Counted from the first letter of the stretch, positions 20,311-30,688 are shown. The stretch is 64,000 bases of DNA from an uncultured Acidobacteriota bacterium (GCA_963713825.1 CAVQNG010000004.1:224001-288000); one strand, 5' to 3'. Notes: a model not told the origin generated them from the sequence alone. Made by a program: numbers and translations.

Positions 20311-22860
20311 TCACTCACTCGACTTGTTGTTCCTTTGCGCGGCCTCCAGTTTCTGGATGTCCGCAGGCGAAAGCTGCGGACGGTCCACCTTGATCGTCAG
20401 CTTGTCGAGCTTGGCGGTCAGTGCGAATGGCGGCTTGTAATCCGCGTCGTTGATTCCCGTCAGAGTGTCGGAACCGACATCGAACGCCTCGTCCCACTGC
20501 AGGATCATCGGCAGGGTCTTTTCCATCTTCTGGGTCTGTACCGTCTTGCCGTCAACCTTGAGCGTACCTGTACCGCCACGGCCCAGCCCACTCATGTTGT
20601 TGTAGAACAGGGTGCCCACACCGAGGCCGTCGTATTTGAAATCGAATTCGACAGTGTGCTTGCCGGGCGTGAGCGCGTCAGGGCCTTCCCACTTGATGCG
20701 TTTCATGTCGACCATGTTCCACAAGAACACCGGCTTGCCCTCGAGCAGGTAGAAGCCGTAACCGCCAAAGCGCCCACCCGAGGTGAGGATCATGCCTTCC
20801 GCACCACCCTCCGGCACGTCGATGTCGGCGGTGATGGTGTAGGAGGTATTCAGCAGTAGCGGCGAGTCACCCTGTGGCAGGCCGGTCATGGGCATGGTGT
20901 AGACGAACTCCTTGCGGCCCGCCGTGATATTCGGTCGTGGAGCGACGAGGCGCGCCGCGACTGAGGCATCCATCGGGAAGACCTGGTACTTCTTGCCCTC
21001 CTCGATGAACAGCTCCTTCAGCTGCTTCACCTTGTCCGGATGCTTGTCGGCGATGTTCTGCGACTGGCTGAAGTCCTTGTTCAGGTCGTAGAGTTCGAGG
21101 ACCTGGTTGTTGAGCGGGTCCGGATTGGCGGCACCGAACGCCTCCCAGGGCGCGCGATTCACCTTGGTGCTGAGCAGCCAGCCCTCGTGGTAGAGGGCCC
21201 ACTGTCCCATCATCTCAAAGTACTGAGTGGTGTGGCGCGACGGCGCCTCGGCATAGGCGGGGTCGAAGGTGTAGGCGAAGCTCGTGCCCTCGACAGGAGC
21301 CTGCTTGATGCCGTCGAGATACTCCGGCGCCGGGATGCCGGTCACCTCGAGGATCGTCGGCACTACGTCGATGACGTGCATGAACTGCTCGCGCAGGCCG
21401 CCCGTTTCGCCGATATGGCCCGGCCAGGAAACCGCCATGCATTGGCGGACTCCGCCCAGCTTGGAGGCGTTCTGCTTGAACCAGGTGAACGGCGTATCGA
21501 AGGCCCAGGACCAGCCCGCCGACATGTGGTTGTAGGTCTCCTCGGTGCCCCAGACGTCGTACCACTTCATCTGTTCTTCGATCGGCATCATGTTGACACC
21601 GTTGAAGAACGCAACCTCGTTCGGCGTGCCGACGGGGCCACCCTCGGCACTGGTGCCGTTGTCGCCGTTGATGTAGATGATGAGGGTGTTGTCGAGCTTG
21701 CCCATGTCCTCGACCGCCTGGATCACGCGGCCTATCTCGTGATCGACATACGCCTCATAGGCAGCGAAGATCTCCACCTGGCGGATGAAGAGCTTCTGCT
21801 CCTCGGGTTTGAGGTCGTCCCAGTTCTTGAGGACATCGGTTGGCCAGGGCTCGAGCTGGGTGTCGGCCGGGATCACGCCGAGGCGCTTCTGGTTCTCGAA
21901 GATCGTCTCGCGCAGCTTGTTCCAACCGTCGTCGAACAGATGCATCGCCTGGATCTTGTCGACCCACTCCTTGGTCGGATGATGCGGCGCGTGGGTGGCC
22001 CCGGGCACGTAGTGCATGAAGAACGGCTTGTCCGGGCTGATCTGATTGAGACGGTTCAGATAGCCGATAGCGTCGTCGGCCATGCCGGTAATCAGATTCC
22101 ACTCGGGCTTTCCGTCGAAGGGGTATATCTGCGTCGTGTTGCGAAACAGGTTGGGCTGCCACTGATTCGCGTCACCACCGACGAAGCCGTAGAAGTATTC
22201 GAAGCCCATTCCAATCGGCCAATGGTTGAACGGGCCCGCCTGACTGGCCTCGAAGGCCGGTACGTTGTGGTCCTTGCCGAACCAGGAGGTGGCGTAGCCG
22301 TTCTCCTTGAGGATCCGGCCAATCGTCGCCTTGTCCTTGGCGATGATGCTGTCGTAGCCGGGGAAACCGGTCGACTGCTCCGAGATGACGCCGAAGCCAA
22401 CGGAGTGGTGATTGCGCCCGGTGATCAGTGCAGCGCGGGTCGGCGAACAGAGCGCCGTCGAGTGGATGTTGTTGAAGCGCAGACCATCGGCCGCAATCCG
22501 GTCCATGGTCGGCGTCGGAATGACCCCGCCGAAGGTGCTCGGCACTCCGAAGCCCGAGTCGTCGGTCATGATCAGCACAATATTGGGTGCCTCTTTGGGT
22601 GGCACGATTCGCGGCGCCCACCACGGCTTGGAATTCAGCGCATCCGGCTTGATCGCGCCACCGAATTCGGGATCCGGTGCCGGGAGTTGGTCACCGGGGA
22701 TCGTCGTCGTCGCGCCTGGCGAGCCCAGCTCACCGGTGACTTCGGGTTGGGCGCTGTAGCTGGCCTGCTGACTCGCGATCGAGCCGACCAGGATAAGGAC
22801 TGCAATCAGCCCCCACGGTCGACCTTGCAAAGTGGACAGGTAGAGTCGTATCTGTTTCAC
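20311..22860 (-). CDS. Secreted Cys-type arylsulfatase (family S1)
   Basis: Signal-like N-terminus, PNIVLIMTDD, LCSPTRAALITGRNHH, FGKDH, GDNG. Confidence 0.93.
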   Translation of the reverse strand: MKQIRLYLSTLQGRPWGLIAVLILVGSIASQQASYSAQPEVTGELGSPGATTTIPGDQLPAPDPEFGGAIKPDALNSKPWWAPRIVPPKEAPNIVLIMTDDSGFGVPSTFGGVIPTPTMDRIAADGLRFNNIHSTALCSPTRAALITGRNHHSVGFGVISEQSTGFPGYDSIIAKDKATIGRILKENGYATSWFGKDHNVPAFEASQAGPFNHWPIGMGFEYFYGFVGGDANQWQPNLFRNTTQIYPFDGKPEWNLITGMADDAIGYLNRLNQISPDKPFFMHYVPGATHAPHHPTKEWVDKIQAMHLFDDGWNKLRETIFENQKRLGVIPADTQLEPWPTDVLKNWDDLKPEEQKLFIRQVEIFAAYEAYVDHEIGRVIQAVEDMGKLDNTLIIYINGDNGTSAEGGPVGTPNEVAFFNGVNMMPIEEQMKWYDVWGTEETYNHMSAGWSWAFDTPFTWFKQNASKLGGVRQCMAVSWPGHIGETGGLREQFMHVIDVVPTILEVTGIPAPEYLDGIKQAPVEGTSFAYTFDPAYAEAPSRHTTQYFEMMGQWALYHEGWLLSTKVNRAPWEAFGAANPDPLNNQVLELYDLNKDFSQSQNIADKHPDKVKQLKELFIEEGKKYQVFPMDASVAARLVAPRPNITAGRKEFVYTMPMTGLPQGDSPLLLNTSYTITADIDVPEGGAEGMILTSGGRFGGYGFYLLEGKPVFLWNMVDMKRIKWEGPDALTPGKHTVEFDFKYDGLGVGTLFYNNMSGLGRGGTGTLKVDGKTVQTQKMEKTLPMILQWDEAFDVGSDTLTGINDADYKPPFALTAKLDKLTIKVDRPQLSPADIQKLEAAQRNNKSSE

Positions 22861-22959
22861 TGGTTCGCTCCTCTCTCGGAATTCATTCAGCGCAACGCCG
22901 GCATCCGTCCTCTGGGTCCACGGATGCCCGTTCCCTCGAACGGAAGCCGGTCCGCCAAT

Positions 22960-23499
22960 CTACTCGCCCTTCTTTTCCTGCTTACGCAGCTTGTGGAACT
23001 CCTCCTGCAGCATCCGAGCGTGATCGCACTCGAAGTAGCCGATGTTGGCCGTCTTCGAGGGCTCCACGACGAGCTCGTCGTAGGCTACGGCGAACTTCCC
23101 GTCGGAGACCCACCCTTCAGCCAGTCCTGCCCAGCCGAAATCGGCTTCCTTGGCGTCCAACTTGAGGGTGCATCCACGACTCAAATGCCGACCATCCGAA
23201 GTGACGACATCGCTGTTGGAGATGACATTGACGTTGTTGATGGCAGCGATGGGAACGCTGTAGACCGACTTCATCGTGGGGTCGAAATTCTCTCCGTCGA
23301 CTGTGGCGAAGTACAGGACGTCATCAGTCTCATCGTATGCCACTGCCAGGAAGGAATAGTCGACACCCTTGATGATCTTCGCATCGACCATGTTGTCCAT
23401 GACAACTCCCAAGTCCGGTGGCTGGGCCACGGCAGCCACCGCGACCAGGCAAGCGACCATCAAAATGGCGGATACTGCACAATGCTTCGGATTGTTCAT
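22960..23499 (-). CDS. Hypothetical exported protein
   Basis: GGAGG RBS before ATG 23499; signal peptide ...VAVAAVAQ. Confidence 0.65.
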   Translation of the reverse strand: MNNPKHCAVSAILMVACLVAVAAVAQPPDLGVVMDNMVDAKIIKGVDYSFLAVAYDETDDVLYFATVDGENFDPTMKSVYSVPIAAINNVNVISNSDVVTSDGRHLSRGCTLKLDAKEADFGWAGLAEGWVSDGKFAVAYDELVVEPSKTANIGYFECDHARMLQEEFHKLRKQEKKGE

Positions 23500-23582
23500 T
23501 CCTCCATCTCCTCTCTGTCGTTGGGTCCAGCTATACCTACAAGGTGAGAAGGGTCTGCCTTCCACCCCATCCACGCCTGTCT

Positions 23583-24170
23583 TCACTTCTTTCCCTTCAC
23601 CTTCAAGGGTTTGACCGTCGTGAACTTGATCGGCTCCCTACCCAGGGTCTCGATCTCGAACTTGCCGGTCTTCTTGTTGACGCCGAAGTCGGCTCCGACG
23701 ATCATCTCGCCGGTCCCCTCTCCGGTCTCGGGATCGAGCTCCAGAAAGACCAGTGAGATGTTGTTCTCCTGACTCATCGACCCTCTCATCACCTCGCCCA
23801 TGGCGATGGGGCGATTGGTGGCGAGGGTGATCATGCGCTTGCCATTGCTCTCGGACTGGAAGGCATAGCGCATCTGATAGCCGAGAGTCTGCGGCAACGA
23901 GACGAAAGCCATCTCTTCCTGCTTGTCCAGGAGGTCGTAGAGTGCTTTGTCACCCCCTTGCTGGAAGGCCGCGATGAGGGCCTCCCGATCCTGCTCGGTG
24001 CTCCAGCCGAAAATCCCGATGTCCATCATCGACGGTCGTCCTACCTCGAGGCTCATCGCGGCAGCCCGATAGCGCTCGATGACCTCCTTCTTCTCCTTGG
24101 CGAGGACCGCACCTCCGCCCAGGAGGAGCGCGCAAGACAAAGCGATGTAGCTCCTTGTGCAGCGGGTCAT
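23583..24170 (-). CDS. Hypothetical exported protein
   Basis: AGGAGG RBS; signal peptide ...GGAVLA; strong codon bias. Confidence 0.75.
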   Translation of the reverse strand: MTRCTRSYIALSCALLLGGGAVLAKEKKEVIERYRAAAMSLEVGRPSMMDIGIFGWSTEQDREALIAAFQQGGDKALYDLLDKQEEMAFVSLPQTLGYQMRYAFQSESNGKRMITLATNRPIAMGEVMRGSMSQENNISLVFLELDPETGEGTGEMIVGADFGVNKKTGKFEIETLGREPIKFTTVKPLKVKGKK

Positions 24171-24272
24171 GAAGACCTCCTTTCTATGGACTTGTCCAGT
24201 CCACTCCTAATCCCTGTCGCCGCGGAGAGCCGAGCCCGAGGCGCGGCAGGGATCAGGTAATCCATCCTCGAG

Positions 24273-24830
24273 CTAGCGGACCACACCGGGGCCACGACGG
24301 CCAACACCGACGCCGTGGTAGCCCACCCCAACGCCGCCGCCGACTCCGATCCGGTCGATGAAGAGCGCAGTTTCGCCTCCTTCGGCAGGCAGCGAACCTT
24401 CGATGATCTTGAAGTCGTAGATGAGGTCCTTGCCCTCGACGACCGGGTGACTGATCTCGACGACGACCAATGTGGTGTCGGGTTGTCCCGGTTCGTAAAC
24501 CGACAGCGTGGCATTCGGCGGGTTGGCGCCGAGATTGTCCTTCCCGGCCTTCTCAGTCCATTCCTCGAGATACTCGGCCATCGTGAGATGCCCTGCTAGA
24601 CGGTAGGGTCGATCCGAGAAGTAAATCGTCTGCGGGTTGACATTCACCAGCCGGAAGGTACTCGTCGCAGAGTCGACAACGAGATCTTCGGAGCTCTGCA
24701 CGAAGAGCAGCTCGATAGGCTCCTCAGAAGTGTCCGCCGTCACGCTACCGGTGGCTAGAAAAGCCAGAACGCCCGCCAGTAGGAACGCCCGCTTTGCGCC
24801 ATTGGGTATGACAAAGGTAGTTCTAGGCAC
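24273..24830 (-). CDS. Hypothetical exported protein (LFVQ / FSDRPYR / NPPNATL motifs) with Gly/Val/Arg-rich tail
   Basis: GAGGA RBS before GTG 24830; signal peptide ...GSVTA. Confidence 0.7.
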   Translation of the reverse strand: MPRTTFVIPNGAKRAFLLAGVLAFLATGSVTADTSEEPIELLFVQSSEDLVVDSATSTFRLVNVNPQTIYFSDRPYRLAGHLTMAEYLEEWTEKAGKDNLGANPPNATLSVYEPGQPDTTLVVVEISHPVVEGKDLIYDFKIIEGSLPAEGGETALFIDRIGVGGGVGVGYHGVGVGRRGPGVVR

Positions 24831-25025
24831 GTCCTCTCTCCTTGGGTTCACTGAAACCCACGACACACACCGCTCCCTAGAAGAACTATCGCCGGGGGCG
24901 ATTCGCGGATCATTCATTCGTTGTGCTACGCCTTCATCGATGTTCACCACACAGCCTCAGGGCTGGGCAGTGACCTAAACGAGCTGACTCCCCATCCTCT
25001 GCCGCCTATTTCTTGTTGCCAACTC

Positions 25026-25826
25026 CTAGAAACCGAATTTGAAGGCGCCGTAGAAGCCGCCCAGTCCAACTTCGGCTTCGACGTCGCTTCCTCGATCGGT
25101 TGTCTCCTTGAAATCGATCTGCATGTAGCGATAGCCGACCACGATCGCATGCTGTCGCTCGGCGCCGTAGGCCCACCCCACCCCGGCCAGGGCGGTCCAG
25201 GCCAGGTCGGTACCAGCGGCACTCGCATCGACCTTGAAGTCGTACAGCCAGCGATCCGAGAACTCGCCGACGTAGCGCACCCCGATGAGAGCATCCCACA
25301 ACGCCTTGTTCACATCGTAGTTTCGACCCTCTGTGGATCCGTCATCGAAGTCGTAGTCCGCATCGACCCCCAAATCCAGGTCGAACATGCGGGCTCCGTA
25401 AAGGACGGACAGACCCTTACCGGTCCCACTAGGGTTGTAGAGGCCTCCTACCTCGAAGATGGTCGCCGCCAGCTCGCCCTGAACCACAACCTCTCCCGGA
25501 ATCGAGCCGGCCAGATCGTAGCTCTTATCGTCTCCCTTGAAGTCGACGAAGTAGACATCCGCGAACAGACCATTCCTGCCGCGCTGGCCTTCCAGGTGGG
25601 CCGCGAAGGCGAACTCGAGCGCATCGATCACGTCGGCCATGTCGACCTGTTGTCCACCGCCCACATCCTGGTCATTGACCTCGAGGCTGAGGTTCATGCT
25701 CGGGGCCCAGAGATAGGGCGTGATACTCCACATCCAATCGCTGGCCTGCGCAACTCTAGCTCCTGGCATGGCCGCGAAAAGGAACCCCGCGACGACCGTC
25801 GTGAGATACCGCGAATACCGACTCAT
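25026..25826 (-). CDS. Outer-membrane beta-barrel protein
   Basis: Signal peptide, ITPYLW, alternating beta-strands, GYRY, C-terminal Phe (FKFGF). Confidence 0.8.
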   Translation of the reverse strand: MSRYSRYLTTVVAGFLFAAMPGARVAQASDWMWSITPYLWAPSMNLSLEVNDQDVGGGQQVDMADVIDALEFAFAAHLEGQRGRNGLFADVYFVDFKGDDKSYDLAGSIPGEVVVQGELAATIFEVGGLYNPSGTGKGLSVLYGARMFDLDLGVDADYDFDDGSTEGRNYDVNKALWDALIGVRYVGEFSDRWLYDFKVDASAAGTDLAWTALAGVGWAYGAERQHAIVVGYRYMQIDFKETTDRGSDVEAEVGLGGFYGAFKFGF

Positions 25827-26259
25827 TTCCTATCCTCCTTGCCGTTTCTTCGTCTGCAGCCAACTCGAGAATCTGGTTGCCCGCAAGCCTCGAGGGAGGC
25901 TTCATCGATAAGCGATCCCATCCATCGATGCCGTCGAGTCCAAACAGTCAAGAATGAGGCGTTGAAAGCCTCTTACTTATCCAGCGGAGATCGACGTCCG
26001 ACAAGTGCAATCCTGTCTGCGGGCCGCAGGACCTGTCTATCCGAATCAGGCCGCGAGACGCGTCTGCTCTGGCACTTCCCGAAGCCATCTCGGCCAGCTA
26101 TGCCATCGGTCAAGCACCGCACTTACAACCCATAAAACCATGAAAAAAAGAGACTTAAAGCCCCCACCCCAGAGCCCTTGACTCGTCACCAAGGAGGAGC
26201 CAGAATACTGAAAGACTATCCACATCAGGACATTCTGATTCTTCCGTTCGTGCTGCTGA

Positions 26260-27195
26260 ATGAGTACCTTCAACCGACATCGCGAGTTCTCCAACACCCG
26301 AGAGATGGAGCAGGCGGTCGCCACCTACGGCTGGGATGTTTCCTACACCCGGCTCGGGCCAGGCAAACTCGGGGTGGCTTCGTGGGAAACCCGGGTTGGC
26401 GATCTTCTTCTCTACCGCGAGCATTTCGAGTTTCCAATGCTGGCCTGCGGCCTTTCGCCAGCGGATGCCTACAGCGTGATGACCGTCCAGGCGGGCAGCA
26501 TGAGAGTTTTCGGGTCACAACTCTCCCCTCAGAAAGTCTGCTTGTTACCGCTTGGAGCCGAGATTGATGCCTCTGCGGCCGTTGGCCTCTCCACATTCCA
26601 TATCCAGGTTTCAAACGATCGGCTGGCTGCTTGGGCCAAGGAGGCTGGGGTCGATCTGATTCAGGAAGGCAACGTCATTTGCGTTGCCCCCGGGGCCGAC
26701 CGGATCCGACATCTGAAATGCGCCATGCAGCAGGCGAGCGAAGCACACGAAGAGGGTGATGTCGAAACCTGGAAGACCTCGGAGGAGGACCTTCTGAACC
26801 TTCTCACAGCCGTCTTCGACAAAGAGGCGATTTCACAACTCGGGTTTCGAGAGCTAGTCGGGCCCGCCGGCGAGCATGCCGTTGCAGTCCGGCGCCACAT
26901 CCACTCCAGTCCGCTGACTGAACTGGATATCCCCGGTTTTGCCGCTGCCCTGGGTATCAGTCACCGCCATTTGAATCGCTGCTTCAAGCAGCACTATGGG
27001 GTCAGCATCAAGGACTTCATCCGTTATCGCCGCCTCCAGGAAGCACGCAACCTCCTGCATGAGGATGCAGCCGGACTCAGCGTGACTGAAGCTGCCTACT
27101 CCTGCGGATTCAGGCATTTGGGTCGGTTTTCCACCGAGTACAAGCAACTCTTCGGCGAATCACCTCGCGAGACGCTCCTCCAACCGAGCCCCTAG
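26260..27195 (+). CDS. AraC-family transcriptional regulator (EutR-like)
   Basis: C-terminal double HTH with SVTEAAYSCGFRHLGRFSTEYKQLFGESPRETL. Confidence 0.9.
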   Translation: MSTFNRHREFSNTREMEQAVATYGWDVSYTRLGPGKLGVASWETRVGDLLLYREHFEFPMLACGLSPADAYSVMTVQAGSMRVFGSQLSPQKVCLLPLGAEIDASAAVGLSTFHIQVSNDRLAAWAKEAGVDLIQEGNVICVAPGADRIRHLKCAMQQASEAHEEGDVETWKTSEEDLLNLLTAVFDKEAISQLGFRELVGPAGEHAVAVRRHIHSSPLTELDIPGFAAALGISHRHLNRCFKQHYGVSIKDFIRYRRLQEARNLLHEDAAGLSVTEAAYSCGFRHLGRFSTEYKQLFGESPRETLLQPSP

Positions 27196-27226
27196 ATAAG
27201 GGGGACACAATACACAAAAGAAGGGA

Positions 27227-27868
27227 CTAGGACGGAGGATCGTCCAGCAGCTCCTGATACCGCTCCAGAAACTGCCCGACTTCGAGTCCATCCATCAGGG
27301 CGTGGTGGGCCTCGATCGAGATGGGCATGAGGCGGACGCCGTCACGCAAGTGGTGCTTGCCAAAGACGATCTTCGGCACCGAGTCCTCAGCAGGGACCCT
27401 CCGGGCGTGTAGCAGGCCGGTGAACCTCACCCAGGGGATCACCGAATAGTGGATCAGGTCATCCTTGTCCGGTTGCGGATCGAGCTCCCCCGTCTCGGTC
27501 CGCGCCGCTGCCAGGGCTTGGGAACCCTCCTCCGAGAACCGCCGAAAGTCCGCAGAGAAGTCGAAATAGGCAAAGCCGAACGTTCCGTCGTCCCTTGCCA
27601 CTGTCGAGCTGCCGTGGATCTGGTCGTACACCAGGACCGCGTCGTCACGCAAGCGGTAGCGGAAAGCGTCGATCTCGTTCGAGGCCTGGATGGAGAGATA
27701 GAGACAAGTCAAGAAGAAGGACGATGCCGGCCCCTGGCTGGACTGCTCATAGAGCGCCGAGACATCCAGGTCGGTGCACAGGCCGAAGAACGGCTGCTCG
27801 AAGTCCTTGAAAAAATGGAAGTGACTCCTTCGATTCCAAGAGTCGATGTCGAGGAAGTGGGACATCAC
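27227..27868 (-). CDS. cat: CatA-type chloramphenicol acetyltransferase-family protein
   Basis: W.RRSHFHFF, SVIPWVRFT, SVPKIVFGK, MPISIEAHHALMDG. Confidence 0.85.
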   Translation of the reverse strand: MMSHFLDIDSWNRRSHFHFFKDFEQPFFGLCTDLDVSALYEQSSQGPASSFFLTCLYLSIQASNEIDAFRYRLRDDAVLVYDQIHGSSTVARDDGTFGFAYFDFSADFRRFSEEGSQALAAARTETGELDPQPDKDDLIHYSVIPWVRFTGLLHARRVPAEDSVPKIVFGKHHLRDGVRLMPISIEAHHALMDGLEVGQFLERYQELLDDPPS

Positions 27869-27884
27869 GAAGACTGAGCGACGA

Positions 27885-28970
27885 TCACCGCAAGCCCTGC
27901 TGGCCGGTCAGAGCCTCCTCCACCTCGTCCAAATCGACAATCACAGTTCCGTCGGTCGCGAAACGCTGGGGTTCGAACTCGTAGCTCCGCATCACCCGGC
28001 GGAAGACCTCTTTGAGGGCCCGTGCCCCCAGTCTGGGTTGCCGCGTCGCTTCGGCCGCAATGCGTCGCGCCGCTGCCGGCGACATCGCCAGCTCCAAACC
28101 CATGGCCTCGAAGTAGGCCCTCGCCTGATGCAACCCGGAGTCCTCGCCCTCCAGGAAGATCTTCAACAGCTCGTCCTCCCCGAGATCATTGAGCAGGACC
28201 AGCGCATCGAAGCGCGACAGAAACTGGGGGGTGAGGCCGTAGTCGAAGAGATCTTCGTACCGCAGCCAGTCACGGAGCGCGAAGTTGAGCTCCTCGTGCA
28301 CTTTGCCCTCACCCATGACACTGACCGATTGCAGCGACCCGCGATCGGCGCCAATCGTCACTCGATCGTAGACGCTGTCGTAGAGCCCCTCGAAGGCACC
28401 CGCGGCCACGAACAACAGGCCGCTCGCATCGAGAGTCACCGTCTTGCCACCAGCCCATGCGGGCAGGGTAAACGGCACGGCCTCGTTCTCGATCAGCGTC
28501 AGGAGCGCTTCCTGGGCCCGAATTCCGGGCACGTTCGGCTGGCCACCGACGACCGAGCGAATCTTGTCGATCTCGTCGACGAACACGACGGCCTGCGACG
28601 CCCGGGCGAGGACAGCTTCCATCGGCGCATCATCCCCGAGCTGTTCCCGAGCCCTGTCGAGGATCCGGGTCAGCAGCACCTCACCCGCCCGCCCCTCCAC
28701 CGTCTGCTCGGCCAACACGTTGGCGTGAACCCGGACTAGCGTCGAGTGCTTGGCCAGCGCCGGATCCGCCGCCAGGAAGAGCTCGACCGCCCGCATCAGG
28801 CTGGTCTTGCCGGTACCGGAGGAGCCGATCATCAAGATGTTGCCGGTCACCAAACCAGCTAGTCGCTTGGCAACGGCAATGGAGACTTCACGGACAGCGT
28901 CCTCCTGGCCGAGAACTCGCTGGCTCAGCGCCTCTGAAATCTCCGTCGGCTGCGGTGTCGAACTGGGCAT
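27885..28970 (-). CDS. ClpX-like AAA+ ATPase lacking the zinc-binding domain
   Basis: VLGQEDA, GSSGTGKT, VFVDEIDKI, QEALL, FVAAGAFEGL, DL..YGL.P.F..RF, LGARAL. Confidence 0.85.
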   Translation of the reverse strand: MPSSTPQPTEISEALSQRVLGQEDAVREVSIAVAKRLAGLVTGNILMIGSSGTGKTSLMRAVELFLAADPALAKHSTLVRVHANVLAEQTVEGRAGEVLLTRILDRAREQLGDDAPMEAVLARASQAVVFVDEIDKIRSVVGGQPNVPGIRAQEALLTLIENEAVPFTLPAWAGGKTVTLDASGLLFVAAGAFEGLYDSVYDRVTIGADRGSLQSVSVMGEGKVHEELNFALRDWLRYEDLFDYGLTPQFLSRFDALVLLNDLGEDELLKIFLEGEDSGLHQARAYFEAMGLELAMSPAAARRIAAEATRQPRLGARALKEVFRRVMRSYEFEPQRFATDGTVIVDLDEVEEALTGQQGLR

Positions 28971-29105
28971 TGGCCTATTGTAGTCCGCGCCAGCCCTGGA
29001 TCGACATTGATTCGATCACACCACAGAATCGGGTCCCTGGCGCCAGGCCAACTGTGAAGTTCGCTCTTGAATCAGCCTGGGTCGGTGCAATACATTCGTT
29101 TCGAT

Positions 29106-30128
29106 ATGCAAACTCACGCATGGCAGTCTCCCGGTTGTGCCCGGTTCGACAGCGTGCAGTTGCTAGCCGTCGCCTTGATGATTCTGCTGTTACCAATCTC
29201 GACGATGGCGGCTGACAAACACCTCGAGCAGTTGGCGCAGGCCCAGGAGCTGGTCGATGCCGGCGATGCCGACGAAGCCATCAAGCTCCTCAACAAAACA
29301 GTCAAGGCGAAGCCTCCCCTGGCCGAGGCCTTCCTGCTGCGGAGCACCGCGAATTTCATGGTGGGAGATCTGCAAACCGGTCGTAGTGACCTCGAGAAAG
29401 CTCTCGAGATCGATCCGACGATACGCCAGGCGTGGCTCAATCGCGCCGCCCTCGATCTGTCAGAAAGCGACTACGACGCTGCTCTGGAGGCCCTGACCCG
29501 GGCGAGAGATCTCGAGCCGACGGCTCTCGACAACGATCTGAATCTGGGGGTCGTCCTGGTTTTGAAAGGCGACGTCGAACCTGCCAGCCAGCACTTTGCG
29601 ACGCATATTCAACGCAGTGGTGGCACCGCCGAGGCCTACTACGTGGTCGCCAGCAACTACGGCATGGCTGGGCTCGCAGGACCGGCCATCGAGCACCTCA
29701 AGCAGGCGATCCAAATCGACGAGAGGGTTCGCCTGCAGGCTCGCACCGACCCCAACTTCCAGGATCTGGAGTCGAATCAACGCTTCCAAGACCTGCTGCT
29801 GACCGACTCCTTCCGTCCGGAGCCAGGCTCCTACACGGCCGCCCAGCATTTCGACACGCCGTTCGGCGGTGCCGACGGTCCGCTCGTGAGCGCCACCCTC
29901 GACGCGCTGCAATTCTCGGGTCAGCCCTTCGACCCTCGGGTCGAAGTGACTCCCGACTGGGCCCTGATCTGGAGCGAGTACCGCATCAAGATCACCAGCG
30001 GCGCCGATGGCCGAGGCGAGGTTCAGCTCACTGCTCCACCGAATAGCTTCACTCCTGCCGAGTGGAAGCGCCGCAGCGAGGATCTGTTCCGCCAGATTAC
30101 GGTCCGCCTGCTTTCGCGTCAGCGATAG
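29106..30128 (+). CDS. Exported TPR-repeat protein
   Basis: Signal peptide followed by TPR-like helices (ALEIDP, AWLNRA, NLGVVL, AIQID); start could be 29067. Confidence 0.75.
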   Translation: MQTHAWQSPGCARFDSVQLLAVALMILLLPISTMAADKHLEQLAQAQELVDAGDADEAIKLLNKTVKAKPPLAEAFLLRSTANFMVGDLQTGRSDLEKALEIDPTIRQAWLNRAALDLSESDYDAALEALTRARDLEPTALDNDLNLGVVLVLKGDVEPASQHFATHIQRSGGTAEAYYVVASNYGMAGLAGPAIEHLKQAIQIDERVRLQARTDPNFQDLESNQRFQDLLLTDSFRPEPGSYTAAQHFDTPFGGADGPLVSATLDALQFSGQPFDPRVEVTPDWALIWSEYRIKITSGADGRGEVQLTAPPNSFTPAEWKRRSEDLFRQITVRLLSRQR

Positions 30129-30503
30129 CCCGGCCAACCGCAATCGACTTGAGATTCATCCGGGTGGTCCTCTGGTGTTCGGCCGAAAGACATCTGGCCG
30201 TTGCGGAAGGGTCCGACGCGGGGCCCCCAGGGGGCTATCCTCCCTTCCACAGCAACCAACCCCCTGGAGGTCCCCACGCCGAACCCTCACCCGCTGGAGA
30301 CACCTCGCACGCGACCTTGCACACCTGAGACGACAGGAATCTCCCCCTACGCCCCTACAGCCCTAACTCCTTATGGCCCTGCCGGTGCCCGAGGTTCGTT
30401 CGGGTGGTTCGACAGGGGGTGCCGAGTCGAGCGCAGCGCAAGGGCCACGAACGAGCACAACCGATGAGGCGCGATGACGAGACAAGGTGGCGGCCCACCT
30501 GGA

Positions 30504-30557
30504 TGTAGGGGAGGGGCTTGCCCCCTCCCGCGGGAGCCCGCAAGGGGCTCCCCTACA
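30504..30557. repeat. Inverted doublet of GTAG-type REP elements
   Basis: TGTAG-GGGAGGGG-CTTGC-CCCCTCCC-G followed by the inverted TGTAG-GGGAGCCC-CTTGC-GGGCTCCC-G. Confidence 0.85.
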
Positions 30558-30688
30558 ATGCCGACGCCGTCCCCCGGCGAACCACCCGGACGGACCTCTT
30601 CGAGAAAATGATCTTCCGCTTAGGACGGAATCTGGGAGCCAAGGTGCAGTTATGGGATCGGCCTGCCTCGGATCCAGAAAGCTCCTTC

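Noticed and set aside
21040-23547. 835-aa plus-strand ORF
   Set aside because: Antisense shadow of the sulfatase and its neighbour caused by high-GC codon bias; no recognisable motifs
27227-27868. CAT HHxxxDG protein as a stand-alone condensation partner of the NRPS cluster
   Set aside because: It lies over 12 kb away among housekeeping genes and looks like an ordinary CatA fold
30130-30500. Possible ncRNA or small ORFs in the long intergenic region
   Set aside because: Some hairpins are present but I recognise no RNA family, and the ORFs lack RBS and typical codon bias; an Rfam/Infernal search is needed
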